Source: Squalus acanthias (lineage: Eukaryota). From it: 64,000 nt of DNA. The notes under the pieces are model-generated. The model searched no databases. It saw only the letters and a list, made by a program, of their open reading frames with translations, and was not told where the DNA came from. Shown piece after piece: positions 37,507 to 50,490 of this stretch. The DNA lies in contig CM059425.1 of the NCBI GenBank assembly GCA_030390025.1, forward strand, positions 168,146,001 to 168,210,000. The letters run 5' to 3'. Numbering within the stretch: the first letter of the stretch is position 1; every line of letters begins with the position of its first letter. The position numbers were made by a program, and so were the translations under genes.

Positions 37507-37769
37507 AATTGGGAATCTAGATGTGACTTAATTGCATTTCTGATTAGTGATTTCAATACTGATTTTCACAGCATATGCATGTGTACGTTAACCGTTTTGT
37601 GTTTTTGTTGGTAAAATAGCAAAATGAAAAGCAGAGTGTGCAAGTTATTTTTTTTATTATTGTGGGTGCTTTATTTCCTTGGTTACTGAATGATGGTAGA
37701 TGTTTGTTAAATATATATACACATGTGAAGTATATTTACCTGTATTGTGAGTATACTCTTTTTGGTGAA

Positions 37770-37960
37770 GCAATAAACAAATAAACTGTAACTTAACAAA
37801 AACAATCAAATGAAACTTAACAACTTAAATAAAAAAAATTTCCGGGGGTGATGATGCACTCCAGTCCCTCCGGTGCCCACCGGTCGCGGAAGGCCTCGAG
37901 CGTACCGGCAGACACTGCGTGCTCCATCTCCAGGGCCACCCGGGCGCGAACATGGCCGTG
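37770..37960 (-). mobile_element. Tx1/L1-clade LINE 3' end
   Basis: GHVRARVALEMEHAVSAGTLEAFRDRWAP resembles Tx1-type ORF2 C-termini; T-rich UTR. Confidence 0.65.
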
Positions 37961-38936
37961 TATTGTGAGTGTACGCAAGGTGCTTTCTACTAAAATTAGA
38001 TGCATGTGGTTAAGACAGACACCATAGCCACACCTGTGGCTCGTCAGCAATTTCTATCAGACAACACTGCCTTACCCAATCCTTTAACATTGGTTCTCCT
38101 TTCCTTTTTTCGGCAGCACACTTCCACTAAGGCACTAAAAAGATGCCCTATCAAGTTCAATCAATATCACCAATCTCGCCCAGCTTTACTGAATTCTGCA
38201 ATTTCACTCCATCAGTAATCGAGGTGACAGCAAAAATAAGTAAAACCATTAGTACATAAATTGTGAGCATCTGAGTATTTCTTTACACAGTCCCACAACA
38301 TTCTAGGAAAAGAACAGCCACTGTCCATTTCCTATCCAGCAAATAGGAAGTATAATCAGATTCGGGTCAGATAAGCAACGGGTCAGATATGTACATTGTG
38401 GCAGCAGAAAATGAAAAATGCGTACTTTCCCATATTTTCTCCCAGTTCTCATCAGTCAAACCATTTTCTGAGCCTTTCAATCACTTGTCTTGATGCCTTT
38501 CACATCAGGTTAATCACTTATGAATATATACATCTTGATTGTTTTTCATAAAATAGCTTAAAGGGGAGGGCTGAGCTTTAACTCTCTTCCATTCATCTGG
38601 ATAATATAACTTTTTTCTGTAAATATTGGAATGATCAATTATGTTAAACCCTGTAGACCTAGGTGAGTTCCAAGAATGGGAGTTAATGAGGTGAGGTGTT
38701 TAATTAACACCAGGGAATCACTGAAACACTAAACTGTTACATATTTATGAGTACAAAGGTCAAAGAGATTCAAAAAGTTCACCACTTGGGTCTTTTTCTA
38801 ACATAGTAATCATTTCAGGAATTTCACAAGTTGCAACTCTTGCTACAGTGCAGAGTGCACAGACTGATGGTGAACCATTCACTACCAATGTAATGAAGAG
38901 TTTAACACAATCTCCAGAACGACTGGATAAATACCA

Positions 38937-40168
38937 GGGCTGGGAAATTGAGCTCCTTTGTGCCAGCCGTTATGGTTGGTTTGGTAGAAAAAATGGCAAC
39001 TGCCTTGCTTCTGCCCACTTCCAACGGGTCCCACGGCAGCCACCATTTTCAGCATGTTAGCAGCGCTGCCATTGCCTGCACTTGCTGCAGATAGGGAAAT
39101 GAAGCAAACTGTGACGTCAATCAGCATGATTTGACGCATGACCTGCCATTTTGGATGTTGACGCGCCATTCAATGTCCTCTCCAAATCACGAATAGCTGA
39201 ATGTACTTTCAGCAGCAGGAAGGATCCCCCAGCAGCACTATTTAAAGGAATCATCAACTTACAGCTGACTTGTTTTTTCATTTCTACTGGATCTGCGTAA
39301 GTTTGTGCAACTGTTTGGAGCTTTCTACAGTTATTTAAACTTGGTGAGGTGACAGGGAGTGGTGCAGCAAGTGAACAATGTCTTGCTTCTCATTTAAAGG
39401 GTTCTGCTCACACCACTTACTCCCAGTCATGGGGGCTCTATTTGCAATCCCCTCGCACTCGAGTATGACAGGGAGATGGAGCTAAAGCAGAGAAAAAGAA
39501 GAGAAGATGCTCACAGAGGGAGGAGGAGGTTGGGCAGGCGGACTCTCAGCAGAAGACCTTACCCACCTAGGGTCTTCTGAGAGCACTTCTCCTCCCTGCA
39601 CTTAAGCCAGGAGCAGTGTATTAGGAGGCTCTGCTTCACCAAGGAGGTGGCCACAGAACTCTGCCACCTTCTGGAACCAGACCTGCAGCCTCAGAGCAGG
39701 GTAACAACGCCACTGCCAGTGGCCTTCAAGGTCACCGTGACCCTCAATTTTTTTGCCACCGGATCCTTCCAGTCTGGTGCAGGAGACATAGTGAACATCT
39801 CCCAGTTCGCCGTCTATCGTTGTATCCGGGAGGTCACAGAGGCTCTCTACAGGAGAAGGGACTTCATTTCCTTCTCTCTAAACAGAGAGAAGCAGGAGGA
39901 GTGCGCATGTGGCTTTGCCAGGATATCGGACATCAACTGCACACATGTGGCTTTGTGGGTGCCACATACCAATCCTGAGATGTTCCATAACCACAAAGGC
40001 TACCTCTCACTTAATGTGCAGTTGGTGTGCAACCACGCCCAGCACATCATGATGGTGAATGCCTGGTATCCTGGCAGCAGTCATGATGCCTTCATCCTGC
40101 GCCAGTCCGGTGTGCCAGCAATCTTCCAGCCACCACGTCAAATCCAAGGGTGGCTGCTCGGAGTCAAG
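38937..40168 (+). mobile_element. Harbinger element, transposase-side portion
   Basis: End GGGCTGGGAAATTG; subterminal region matches the reverse complement of 57010-57190. Confidence 0.75.
39429..40168 (+). pseudogene. HARBI1-like DDE transposase, 5' two-thirds, disrupted
   Basis: LNFFATGSFQ, ISQFAVYRCIREVT, DINCTHV, NHKGYLSLNVQLVC, WYPGSSHDAFIL, GWLLG. Confidence 0.9.
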
Positions 40169-40784
40169 GGGGGAAAAATTCGGTTGCGCCCCCTTTGAGG
40201 TGCTAACTACTGGAAGCGCTCCCCCTCCCTCTTGGGACGCTACCAGTTAATATCGCGCGCGATCGCACCACGGTACTGCAGGCCTTCCTCCCCTTATTAA
40301 AGGTGAGGGGCCTAGCACAGCATGACCCCAGGCACAGCTGGGCCACCAAGGATCGGGGTGCCGGCAAAAGAGCCCTTCTGTTCTTCTGCCTGGAAGGCCT
40401 CCTTCCCCACTACAGGTAGAGGATCTGACGGCTTCTTTGAACCCCCAGGACCAAGGCCTCCTGTGTAGTATCCGAAAATCTCCTCGCCTTCTCTCTTGGC
40501 TGTTGGGCCATGGCTTGATCCACACTGACAATGAGGTGCTTCTGCAACAAAGCACCTCCCCTTTAAGTAGTGCAGAGAGCTTAGGCCAAACTTTATTGGC
40601 CAGTAGACTGCACCCAATATTGGCCCCCCTGTTCAGCACTAAGCCAGTCAGCAGTGCATTAAGCGCTGAGGTCAGCGCTGCAATCATTATGATGAGCAGG
40701 CAGCATGCATTTTGCGTGCTGCCTGCACCACTTTGAACAGGCGCGGGCACATCACACTTCGGGCCTTATACAATTTCTAGGCCC
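40169..40784. mobile_element. Harbinger-type MITE or terminus abutting the transposase
   Basis: Starts GGGGGAAAAATTCGG like the 58789 TIR; ends CAATTTCTAGGCCC. Confidence 0.6.
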
Positions 40785-41984
40785 AGATCTTTACAGAACG
40801 TTACTAAATCCGAACAGAAATTTCCCTAAAGTCTGGGTCTAAAGGGGAAGAATGTTTTTGATTATTTTCGCAGATTTCCAGGTCTCATAAAAAGGTTTGA
40901 TTTAGCATAAAGACTGCAGTTGAATGCACTGGACTTCAGTGTGAATAATAATACAAGGCAGATATGCTTAAATAAATTCAGCCTCATATTTACTATATAA
41001 CTATTCCAAAATAATTTATTTTGGGCTTCAAATGAAAAGACACTTCAAAATGCTGCAAAATGCTTGAAAAATGCCAAAGCACAAAATTTCCTCGGAGGGC
41101 TTGCTCCCAGACTCCAAAGAAATACATTTTGCACCAGCAGAGCTCAATTCCCCTTCAGAATTTCTAATCTGCCACTGCAACATTGTGCTTTTGTGTACTT
41201 ACGTTTTTTTTTTCCCCAATGGGGTATGGCTGCTGCTTGAATCACAACTTCATGGCCCACTGCACTTCCAGTGTAACTAGTTCTTTCCCCGAGTTATACC
41301 GGAGGCTATTGGGGTTCAGTTTTCACAGAGAAACAAACACAAATAATGATCCTGAAATTCAGTGTTATAAATAAACATTTAACTTATTCAGCCACCTTGG
41401 ATTTAATCATGGGCCTTTATTGTTGGTTGTTTTTCACTTTTATATTGTTTATTGAGTTGTCAGCTTCTTTGTAGCCATTTATCTTCTTTCCTGAAGCTGT
41501 GTGTCAACTTTTTCCGGTTTTGTAAATTGGGTTGGATGTCAATGAGGTTACCTGACTGCAACCCATCCTGTAGTATAAATGCACTAATAATAATATTTAT
41601 TTCTTAATAATAATCTTACCATACAATACTTCTGGCACAGGCACGATGGGCCGAATGGCCTCCTTCTGTTCTGTTACATTCTATGTATCTTTCTATAAAA
41701 GTATCCTCTAAAATCATACCAGCAACAACAGCACCAACAGGAATGATGAAAGCGTTACGGCAGATTTAATTGTGACGGGACTATTTCTTAAAATTTACAT
41801 CATTTAGCAGTAAAAATAATTTTTGAGATGGCAAAGGCTAGAGCCTAATTTAAGTTTTCTCAGAAAAAAAATCTGACTTGCAGTATTGGCAGTGGTAGGA
41901 GCACACTGGCTGTACATTTATCTTGAGGGACAGAAAGGGGAAAGTGTGACTGACTGGAACATTTTAAAGCTTGAGAGTTGGAGC

Positions 41985-42417
41985 TAAAACAAGATCATGG
42001 GTTCAAGTCCCACTCCAGGATTTGCGCACATAATCTGGGCGGATATTTCTGTGAAATACTGTTATGCTGAATTGTTGAAGATGATGTCTTTTGGATGAGA
42101 AATGAAAGGCCGTTTTATAACCATCTGCTGACTCAGGAGGATGTAAAAGGTCCCATGGCATTATTTGAAGAAAAGCAGGGGAGTTCTCCCAGTGTCCTGG
42201 CCAATATTTGTCCCTCAACCAACATCACTAAAACAGATTATCTGGTCATTATCATATTGCTCTTTGTGGGATCTTGCTGTGCACAAATTGGATCCCATGT
42301 TTACCTACAAAAACAACAGTGATCACACTGCAACAGCCATTAATTGGCTATAAAACACTTTGGCATGTCCTGAGGATGTGAAAGGTTGTTTTATAACTGC
42401 AAATTCTTTCTTTCTTT
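41985..42417 (+). mobile_element. SacSINE1/DeuSINE-like SINE
   Basis: GGTTCAAGTCC B-box; CCCATGGCATTATTTGAAGAA..GTCCTGGCCAATATTT..TTATCTGGTCATTATC Deu-like domain; (TTTC)n tail. Confidence 0.8.
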
Positions 42418-42463
42418 ATACCACAAACTCAACTTGGTCCTTATAACTGTACTGGTAGACAAT

Positions 42464-43207
42464 GGCCCAAAAATTCATGAGGAAGCCTTCGTGCGAGGGT
42501 AAGGCTTCCCCGCGATCTCTCACTGCGCGTTGGCTTTTTCAGTTCCAGCTCACACGAACTTGATGTTCTGGAGAGCTGCTGTGCTGGGCTTGCGTATCCC
42601 ACAGGCGCAGTTAATTCGTGCGAGCTGTGGGATCACGTGACTCAGTTAGAGCCAATGGCAGCACACCATCTTCCATTCATAACTTTCACATAAGTGCTAT
42701 GAAAGCTATGAATACTATAGCCCCCCAAAAGAACAGCTAAACCTCAATTAAATTTTTAAAAAAACCCATCACATTAATAAAATAAGTATAGTTAAATAAA
42801 TTAACCATTTTAAATAAAAAATTAAATTTTTGAAAAAATTTAAAATCTTTTAAAAAGTTATAAAAATAAACTTACCTGTCTTTAAAGTCTCTAAAAAAGA
42901 TATACCTGTTAAAAAAAATTCAAAATAATACTTAATTCACTACTTACCTTGTTAAAAGTGGGTCTTACTCCTCCTTTTTTTATGTGTAAAATCTTCCATA
43001 CTTACCTGCGCGTTGAAACCACTAAGTGCACTGCATGCGCGCAGCCTGTAGCGCGCACGCGGTTCACTTAGGAACCGCCCCCTTTTTCATTCACCAAGTG
43101 CCGGTTTTCAGCGCATGCGCAGTGCATGCAGAAAACCGGCAATTGGAGACAGAATACGCGAGAGTACGCAGTGCGTACTCTCGCGTATCAACACAAATTT
43201 TTGGGCC
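42464..43207. mobile_element. Young 744-bp Harbinger-type MITE, copy B (inverted relative to A)
   Basis: Same TIR as copy A; flanks AAT/ATT. Confidence 0.95.
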
Positions 43208-43383
43208 ATTAGCTTCTTCACATGGAACTAGATCTTTCCTTCTTTTGCTTTGTTTTATCTGGCCTCCCCAAAAAATGCAATTACCAACAAAAAGACATTT
43301 CCAAAGCATGTAGTTCACTCACTCAGCGGAAAATACTTCAGCCTTGAAATGATGCTGCACAAAATTTGCTATAAGAACACTAA

Positions 43384-43707
43384 GGGCTGGACTTTGATAC
43401 TGGGGCGGGTTGGGGTTGTGTCATCCGCATTTCGTGTTATCCACCCGACTGCATTTGGATGTGGGAGATTGATGCAATTTTCACTTAATTGGGCAATTGA
43501 GTTCCAGCATGTGGGAACCCATGAACAAATTAGTGGTTTCAGTCTGAAAGTCGCCTCTGATGATGTCATCATTGCTGCTGCATTGCAGGTCAGAGACTGC
43601 CTGGCTTTTGCTGTGAGAGGACCTGGATGCAAAATGAGCAGCAGCTCAGAGACAGAGACAGAGACAGAGACAGAGAGACAGAGACAGAGAGACAGAGACA
43701 GAGAGAC

Positions 43708-43740
<33 letters not shown>

Positions 43741-44370
43741 CAGAGAGACAGAGAGAGAGACAGAGAGACAGACAGAGAGACAGAGAGACAGACAGAGAGA
43801 CAGAGAGACAGAGAGAGACAGAGAGAGAGACAGAGAGAGAGACAGAGAGAGAGACAGAGAGAGAGACAGAGAGAGAGACAGAGAGACAGAGAGAGAGAGA
43901 CAGAGAGAAATTTTTTTGCATCCAGGTCCTCTCACAGCAAAGGCCAGGCAGTCTGTGAAGACCTTCAATGCAGCAGCATCAGAGGCGACTTTCAGACCTA
44001 ATACTACTGCTACCTTCATCACATCTCCGTTGTAATAGTGGACCTGCAGCTGATAGTCAGCTACCCAAATGTGCTCCCGCCAGGTTTCACAATCGTGGTT
44101 CAGAACAGGCGTGCTTCACATAGATCAAGGGTTAAAATCACAAAGGCCTTTCAAAATGGCATTATAGAGCCAATTTAGTGCTTGTTAAGGGCCTTAACAG
44201 CCTATCCCGTCTCTTAAAGGCGGGACGGAGTCGGGACCAGCAGACATGATTTAATGAAAATTGTGTGGAGGCAGGATGGAGGCGGGCTTGTGCCCACCCG
44301 CCAGTTTTCGCAATTTTAACCCCCCACACGCCTCCAAACCCGCCTCCACGGGTCAATGAAAATCCAGCCC
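43384..44370. mobile_element. Harbinger-type MITE, hairpin family copy 2
   Basis: GGGCTGGACTTT/AAAATCCAGCCC ends; TSD TAA. Confidence 0.92.
43648..43908. repeat. Compound (GA)n/(GAGACA)n microsatellite
   Basis: Directly visible in the sequence. Confidence 0.98.
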
Positions 44371-45164
44371 TAAATGTGTATGCGATTCCTTTGTCTGCTA
44401 TTTTAACATTAACCCATTTATTTTATTTTAAATCTTTGCACCCTGTTTATTTTTATTTTCCCAAGGAATGCCATCAAAACTGCAAGTTTCAGGCTGACAA
44501 ACTGTATATATAATTCAAGGTTTATATTTATGAGTCTAAAAATGAAGTCAGCAGGAACTGCCCATGGCTGTATTTCACAGTCAAATTAGCACACTCTTCT
44601 CAGAGCTGCACAAGTGAACAAAAATGGCCAATTATCCATATCATCTGCCAAGTGGAATATCCAGCCATCATCTTTCCAACGACTGAAATATTTTATTTTA
44701 TCCCAGGCAGGGGAGGGGGTGGGGGGAAAGCATTTGCAATGTAATTTTTGAAAGTATGGCAAAAATATAAATTTTAAATACAGTTTTAAAAATAGAACTT
44801 GCAACTTTCAGTAATCTTTCCATAACTTAATACTTGGAAATTAAATTGAAATAATTTTTAATGCATACACCTCTGACTATTAACACTTAGAGGCCGTCAC
44901 TGCTTACAGGCAGAAATACATTCGCTCTATCATGCAGAATTTATATACACCAATCATACAAGAAAGACACAAATTGAAATCAGATTTTTTTTAAATAGGC
45001 TTTTAGCCATTAATCAGTAAATATGTTGTAAATCTTTCTGCTACTACTACTCTAAATCTCTACTACTCAAGAGAGAAAACATATTTTTTTTTAATTCAGT
45101 CTCAGGATGTGAGCATTGCTGGCAAGGCCAGAATTTATTGCCTATCCCTAGTTGCCTTGAGAAA

Positions 45165-45690
45165 GTTTGATACAGTTCTGGTCACCACACTTTAGGAAGG
45201 ATGTGAAGGCCCTTGAAAAGGGTACAGAGATTTACCAGAATGATTCCGGAGATGGGGGATCTTAGCTACAAGGACAGGTTGGAGAAGCTGGATTTGTTTT
45301 CATTAGAGCAAAGGAGGTTGAGGGGTGATTTGATAGAGGTGTACAAGATTATGACGGGTTTGGATAGGCTAGACGGGGAAAGGCTGTTCCCACTAGTTGA
45401 TGGTACAAGGACTAGGGGACACAGATTTAAGGTTTTGGGCAAGAGATACAGGGGGAAGGTGAGGGAAAACTTTTTTACGCAGCGAGTGGTGATGACCTGG
45501 AATTCGCTGCCGACGGAAGTGGTGGAAGCAGAGACACTCAGGGGAGACTGGATAGGCACTTGAGGGAAATAAACGTGCAGGGCTATGGGAATAGAGCGGG
45601 GGAATGGGACTGACTGGATTGCTCCACAGAGAGCTGACACAGACTCGATGGACCGAATGGCCTTCCTTCTGTGCCGTTATGACTCTATGA
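45165..45690 (+). mobile_element. CR1 3' fragment inserted into a minus-strand retroposon (45095-45845)
   Basis: LEQRRLRGDLIEVYKI..FFTQRVV; CR1 tail. Confidence 0.9.
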
Positions 45691-45844
45691 CAACTGAGTG
45701 GCTTGCTAGGCCACTTCAGAGGGCAGTTAAGAGTCAACCACATTTGTGTGGGACTGGAGTCACATGTAGGCCAGACTGGGTCAGGAGGGAATGTTTCCTT
45801 CCCTAAAAAGGACAATAGTGAACCAGTTGGGTTTTTATGACACT

Positions 45845-47980
45845 TGGTGCATGTTAGGATATGGGCAGCAGAGTTTTAGATGAACTGAGTTTATGGAGAG
45901 TGGAGGATGGGAGGCCGAACAGGAAAGGATTGGAACAGTTGAGTCTGGAGATGACAAAGGCTTGGATTAGGGTTTTGGCAGCAGATTGGCTGAGGCAGGG
46001 GCAAAGATGAGTGATGTTACGGAGGTGGAAGTAGGCGGTCCTTGTGAAGGAGAGGATATGGAGTTGTAAATTCAGCTCGGAGTCAAATAGGACACAGAGA
46101 TTACCAGTCGTTTAATCTGAGACAGTGGCCAGAGATAGAATCTGTGGCGAGGGTACAGAGTTTGTGGCGGGGACCAAAGACAATGTTTAACTGGAGGAAA
46201 TTTCACCTCATCCAGGATGTCGGACAATCAGTCTGACAACGTAGAGGCAGTGGAGGGGTCGAGAAAGGTGGTGGAAAGTTAGAGCTGGGTGTTGTCAGCA
46301 TGCATGTAGAACCTGACCCCATGTCTTCAGATGCTGCCACCAAGGGGAAATATGCCGATAAAGAAGAGGAAAGGGTCAAGGATAGATTCTTAGGGGACTC
46401 CAGAAGTAATGGTACAGCAACAGGAAGAGTTGCCATTGCTGGAGATGCTCTGGCTATGATTGGATAGGTAAGGGTAGAACCAAGTAAGGGCAGTCCCACG
46501 TAGCTGGACAACAAAGGAGAGGTGTTAGAGGAGGATGGTGTGGTCGATGGTGTCAAAGACTGCAGCAAGGTCGAGAAAGACGAGAAGTGTACCATGGTCA
46601 GAGTCTCCAGATGATGTAACTTTTGACTTTGATTAGGGTCATTTCAGTGCTGTGGCCGAGGCGACAACATAATTGGAAAGATTCAAATCATGTGGTTGTG
46701 GGTTGTGGGCACGGATTTGGGAGGCGACAACATGTTCAAAGACTTTGGAGAGGAAAGGAAAACTGGAGATGGGATGGCAGTTTGCAAGGACAGAGGGGTC
46801 AATGGCGGGCTTTTTAACGGGGTTGATAACAGCGGTTTAGAATGAGAGGGGGGACAGTACCTGAGGAGAGGGAACCATTTACAATGTCAGCTAGCATGGC
46901 GGACAGGAAGGGTGATTAGCCGTTTAGTACGACTGGGGTCAAGATAGAAGGAGGTGGGTCTCATGGACAACCTGAGCTCAGAAAAGGCTTGAGGGGGGTT
47001 AGGAGAAAAACTAGCGAACGTTGCGGGTTCAGAGCTAGGGTAGGGTGTACCTTGGGGGAGGTTTGGCTTGGTGCGCATGGGGATGGGGATATGAGGCAGA
47101 GGGAGCTGAACAGATGATCTCAATCTTAGAGACAAAGAAGTCCATAAGCTCCTTACACTTTGGAGGTAAGGGTGGTGAAAACAGGGTAGAGAGGTTTAAG
47201 GAGATGGTTGGTAGGGGAGTAAAGAAGCTCGGGATGATTCTGAAGTAATGAGCGGTTTTTCGCAGAGGAAAGCAAGGCCCGACAGTGTTCAATGTGGTTT
47301 AGCCAGATCTGGCGATGAATGGCTAAACCAGTTGTGTGCCAGATACGCTCAAGTCTATGACCCTTGGACTTGAGGGAGCGAAGATAGGGACCATACCATG
47401 ATAGAAGAGAAGGGCATCAAAGGTAGAGATCAGGGAGTGGTTGAGCACATCGACAGCTAAAGAAGTATTGTGGCAAATGGAGGACCAAAGGCTAGACATT
47501 TGAGAGTTTGAAAGTGCAGTTGTCAGTGACTTGGGGGAGAGTTTTTTTTCCAGGGCATATGCAGAAGGGAATGGGCTTGGAAGGGAATAGGGGGAGATGG
47601 ATGGTGACGGATATAAGAAAGTAGTCGGAGATGGCTTTGTCTGTTATCGAGACAATGGGAGTAGAGAGGCCATGTGAGATGGCAAGGCTGAGGGGATAGC
47701 TGTGAATATCGGTTGGGGAATTTATATGGAGGGAGACCTTAAGGGACGGCAGGACAGCAGTAAAATCAAAGGGGAAAGGGTAATGTGAGTTGAGATGGAG
47801 ATTAAAATCATCGATGATGAGGAGTCGCGCAGTGCAGAGGCTGTGGGAAGAAAGTAGGGAGGGTACCTCGGTGAGAAACTCAGGGTGGGGTTGGGGGGGT
47901 GGGCACGGATTTTAAAGGGAAGGCGAGAGGAGTAATGCTGGAAAGAATAAGGGCTCTTGCTTTCGATAGGGCTACTGGTC
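45845..47980 (-). mobile_element. Degraded L2 LINE (endonuclease to RT region)
   Basis: Minus-strand remnants such as TGLAIHRQIWLNH, ELMDFFVSKIE, AVFDTIDHTILL and SGVP*ESILDP; C-rich sense strand. Confidence 0.8.
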
Positions 47981-48786
47981 TTAATGGCATTCACCCATAG
48001 GTGCTCACAGCGATAGGAGCTGTGCTAAGTGAGCCCGATGCTTATACGTTCAAGGTCGCTGGAGTCAGGGATTGTCCCCATGGACTTAGGGAAGCCAATC
48101 TATCAATATTCAAAAAAGGCAACAAATCAGAACCAGGAAATTATTGGCCCATTATCTTGACTTCAGTTATAGGCAAGTTACTAGAAGGGATCATTAGGGA
48201 TGCTCTGACAGAGAAGGGGCTTTAGAGATTCTCAACATGGTTTCTGGAGAAGAAGGTCATGTCTCACCAACCCAATTGAATTTTTTGAAGTGGTTACTAG
48301 GTTGATGGATGACATAGTATATTTGGATTTTCAAAAAGCTTTTGACAAGGTTCCTCACAATTGGCTAACTTATAAGATAGAGCCCTTTGGGATTGGAGGG
48401 CAGATCATGGGGTGGGTACGAAATTGGTTACATTCTCATATGCAGAGTTCTTTATGGTATGGTTCTGTGTGGAGATCAATTGCTAGTGCAGTCCCGCAGG
48501 GATCTGTGTTAATACCGTCGCTCTTCAGTACCTAAATTAATCGTCTGGATGAAGGCATTGGGGAACTGTCAGCAAGCTTGCAGGTGATACAAAGATTTAT
48601 GCTGGTGTTAGAACCCTGGATGGGAAGACGACAATCCTATCGAGATATGATAGGGGAATGGGACTATGTCTGGCAGATGACATTTATATATAGTGTTATG
48701 CACGTGTGAAGGGCCAAATCTATGCATATGGGCTTCCAACTAAAGTCTGTTGAGTGGGAAAGAGACATAGGAGTTATAGTGCCTGG

Positions 48787-48948
48787 CAATGTTCCCTTTA
48801 ATTTTTTTTGCTGCGCAGCCCCTTTAAGGGGCTGTGCGGCCCATTCAAAATGCCGTGCATGCGCGGTTTTTCCTTTTTAAAAGCCGGTGAGCCAGCTGTA
48901 CGGGAGCTGCAGAGCGCTGCGCTGCTGCACAGCTTAAAGGGAACATTG
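48787..48948. mobile_element. hAT-type MITE
   Basis: 15-bp perfect TIR CAATGTTCCCTTTAA; 8-bp TSD GTGCCTGG/GTGCCTTG. Confidence 0.9.
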
Positions 48949-49208
48949 GTGCCTTGTCAATGCCACAAGGCTCTAGTAAAGACCAATAGAATACTGGGAT
49001 GTATTGCTAGGACGATCCAATATAAAACAAAAAGCACTATAATGTTTTTGTACAAGTCCTTGGTTAGGCCTCATCTAGAATACTGTGTGCAGTATTGGTC
49101 CCCTCACATGGTGGAAGATATAGAAATGCTGGAAAAGGTTCAGACGTAGGCCAGTAGAATGATACCTAGTTTAAAAGTTCTTAGTTACTACAATGGGCTT
49201 GGAGAACT

Positions 49209-50490
49209 ACCCGACAATGTGGAAAACCTCCCAGGTATGTCCTGTCCACAAAAAGCAGGACAAATCCAATTCGGCCAATTACCACCCCCAGTCTACTCAA
49301 TCATCAGCAAAGTGATGGAAGGTGTCATGCCACCAAGCGGCACTTACTCACGAATAACCTGCTCACCAATGCTCAGTTTGGATTCCGCCAGGACCACTTG
49401 GCTCTAGACCTCTTTACAGCCTTGGTCCAAACATGGACAAAAGAGCTGAATTCCAGAGATGAGGTGAGAGTGACTGCCCTTGACATCAAGGCAGCATTTG
49501 ACCAAGTGTGGCATCAAGGAGCCCTTGTAAAATTGAAGTCAATGGAAATCAGGGGGGAAACTCTCCACTGGCTGGAGTCATACCTAGCACAAAGGAAGAT
49601 GGTTGTGGTGGTTGGAGGTCAATCATCTCAGGCCCAGGACATTGCTGCAGGAGTTCTTCAGGGTAGTGTCCTAGGCCCAACCATCTTCAGCTGCTTCATC
49701 AATGACCTTCCCACCATCATAAGGTCAGATGCGGGGATGTTCGCTGATGATTGCACAGTGTTCAGTTCCATTCGCAACTCCTCAGAAAATGAAGCAGTCC
49801 ATGCACGCATGCAGCAAGATCTGGACGACATTCAGGCTTGGGCTGATAAGTGGCAGGTAAAATTCGTGCCACGCAAGTGCCAGGCAATGACTATCTCCAA
49901 CAAGCGAGAGTCTAACCGCCGCCCCTTGACATTCAACGGCATTACCATCACCGAATTCCCCCACCATCAACATCCTGGGGGTCACCATTGACCAAAAACT
50001 TAACTGGACCAGCCACACAAATACTGTGGCTACAAGAACAGCTCAGAGGCTGGGTATTCTGTGGCAAATGTCTCACCTCCTGACTCCCCAAAGCCTCTCC
50101 ACCATCTACAAGGCACAAGTGGCTGCAGTGTGTACCATCTACAAGATGCACGGCAGCAACTCGCCAAGGCTTCTTCAACAGTACCTCCCAAACCCACGAC
50201 CTCTACCACATAGAAGGACAAGGGCAGCAGGCGCATGGGAACACCACCACCGCCAAGTTCCCCTCCAAGTCTCACACCATCCTGACTTGGAAATATATCG
50301 CCGTTCCTTCATCGTCGCTGGGTCAAAATCCTGGAACTCCCTCCCTAACAGCACTGTGGGAGTACCTTCACCACACGGACTGCAGCAGTTCAAGAAGGCG
50401 GCTCACCACCACCTTCTCGGGGACAACTAGGGATGGGCAATAAATGCTGGCCTTGCCAGCGACGCCCACATCCCATGAACGAATAAAAAA
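49209..50490 (+). mobile_element. CR1/L2-group LINE of a distinct family (RT plus 3' end, internally deleted)
   Basis: ALDIKAAFDQVWHQG, GVLQGSVLGPTIF, FADD; ends GAACGAATAAAAAAAA. Confidence 0.9.

Noticed and set aside
38363..38389. CGGGTCAGATA direct repeat (nuclear-receptor half-sites)
   Set aside because: Spacing of 10 is non-canonical; most likely a micro-duplication.
39429..40168. Domesticated HARBI1 gene
   Set aside because: Has stops, a deletion and a truncation, and sits in a transposon context with several paralogous fragments.
30200..43207. Inversion between the inverted MITE copies to explain the AAT/ATT mismatch
   Set aside because: CR1 ORF2 is colinear across copy A, and the flank pattern does not fit an inversion.
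43250..44035. Long ORFs rich in RDRE, SLSL or CLCL
   Set aside because: Translation artefacts of the GA/GAGACA microsatellite.
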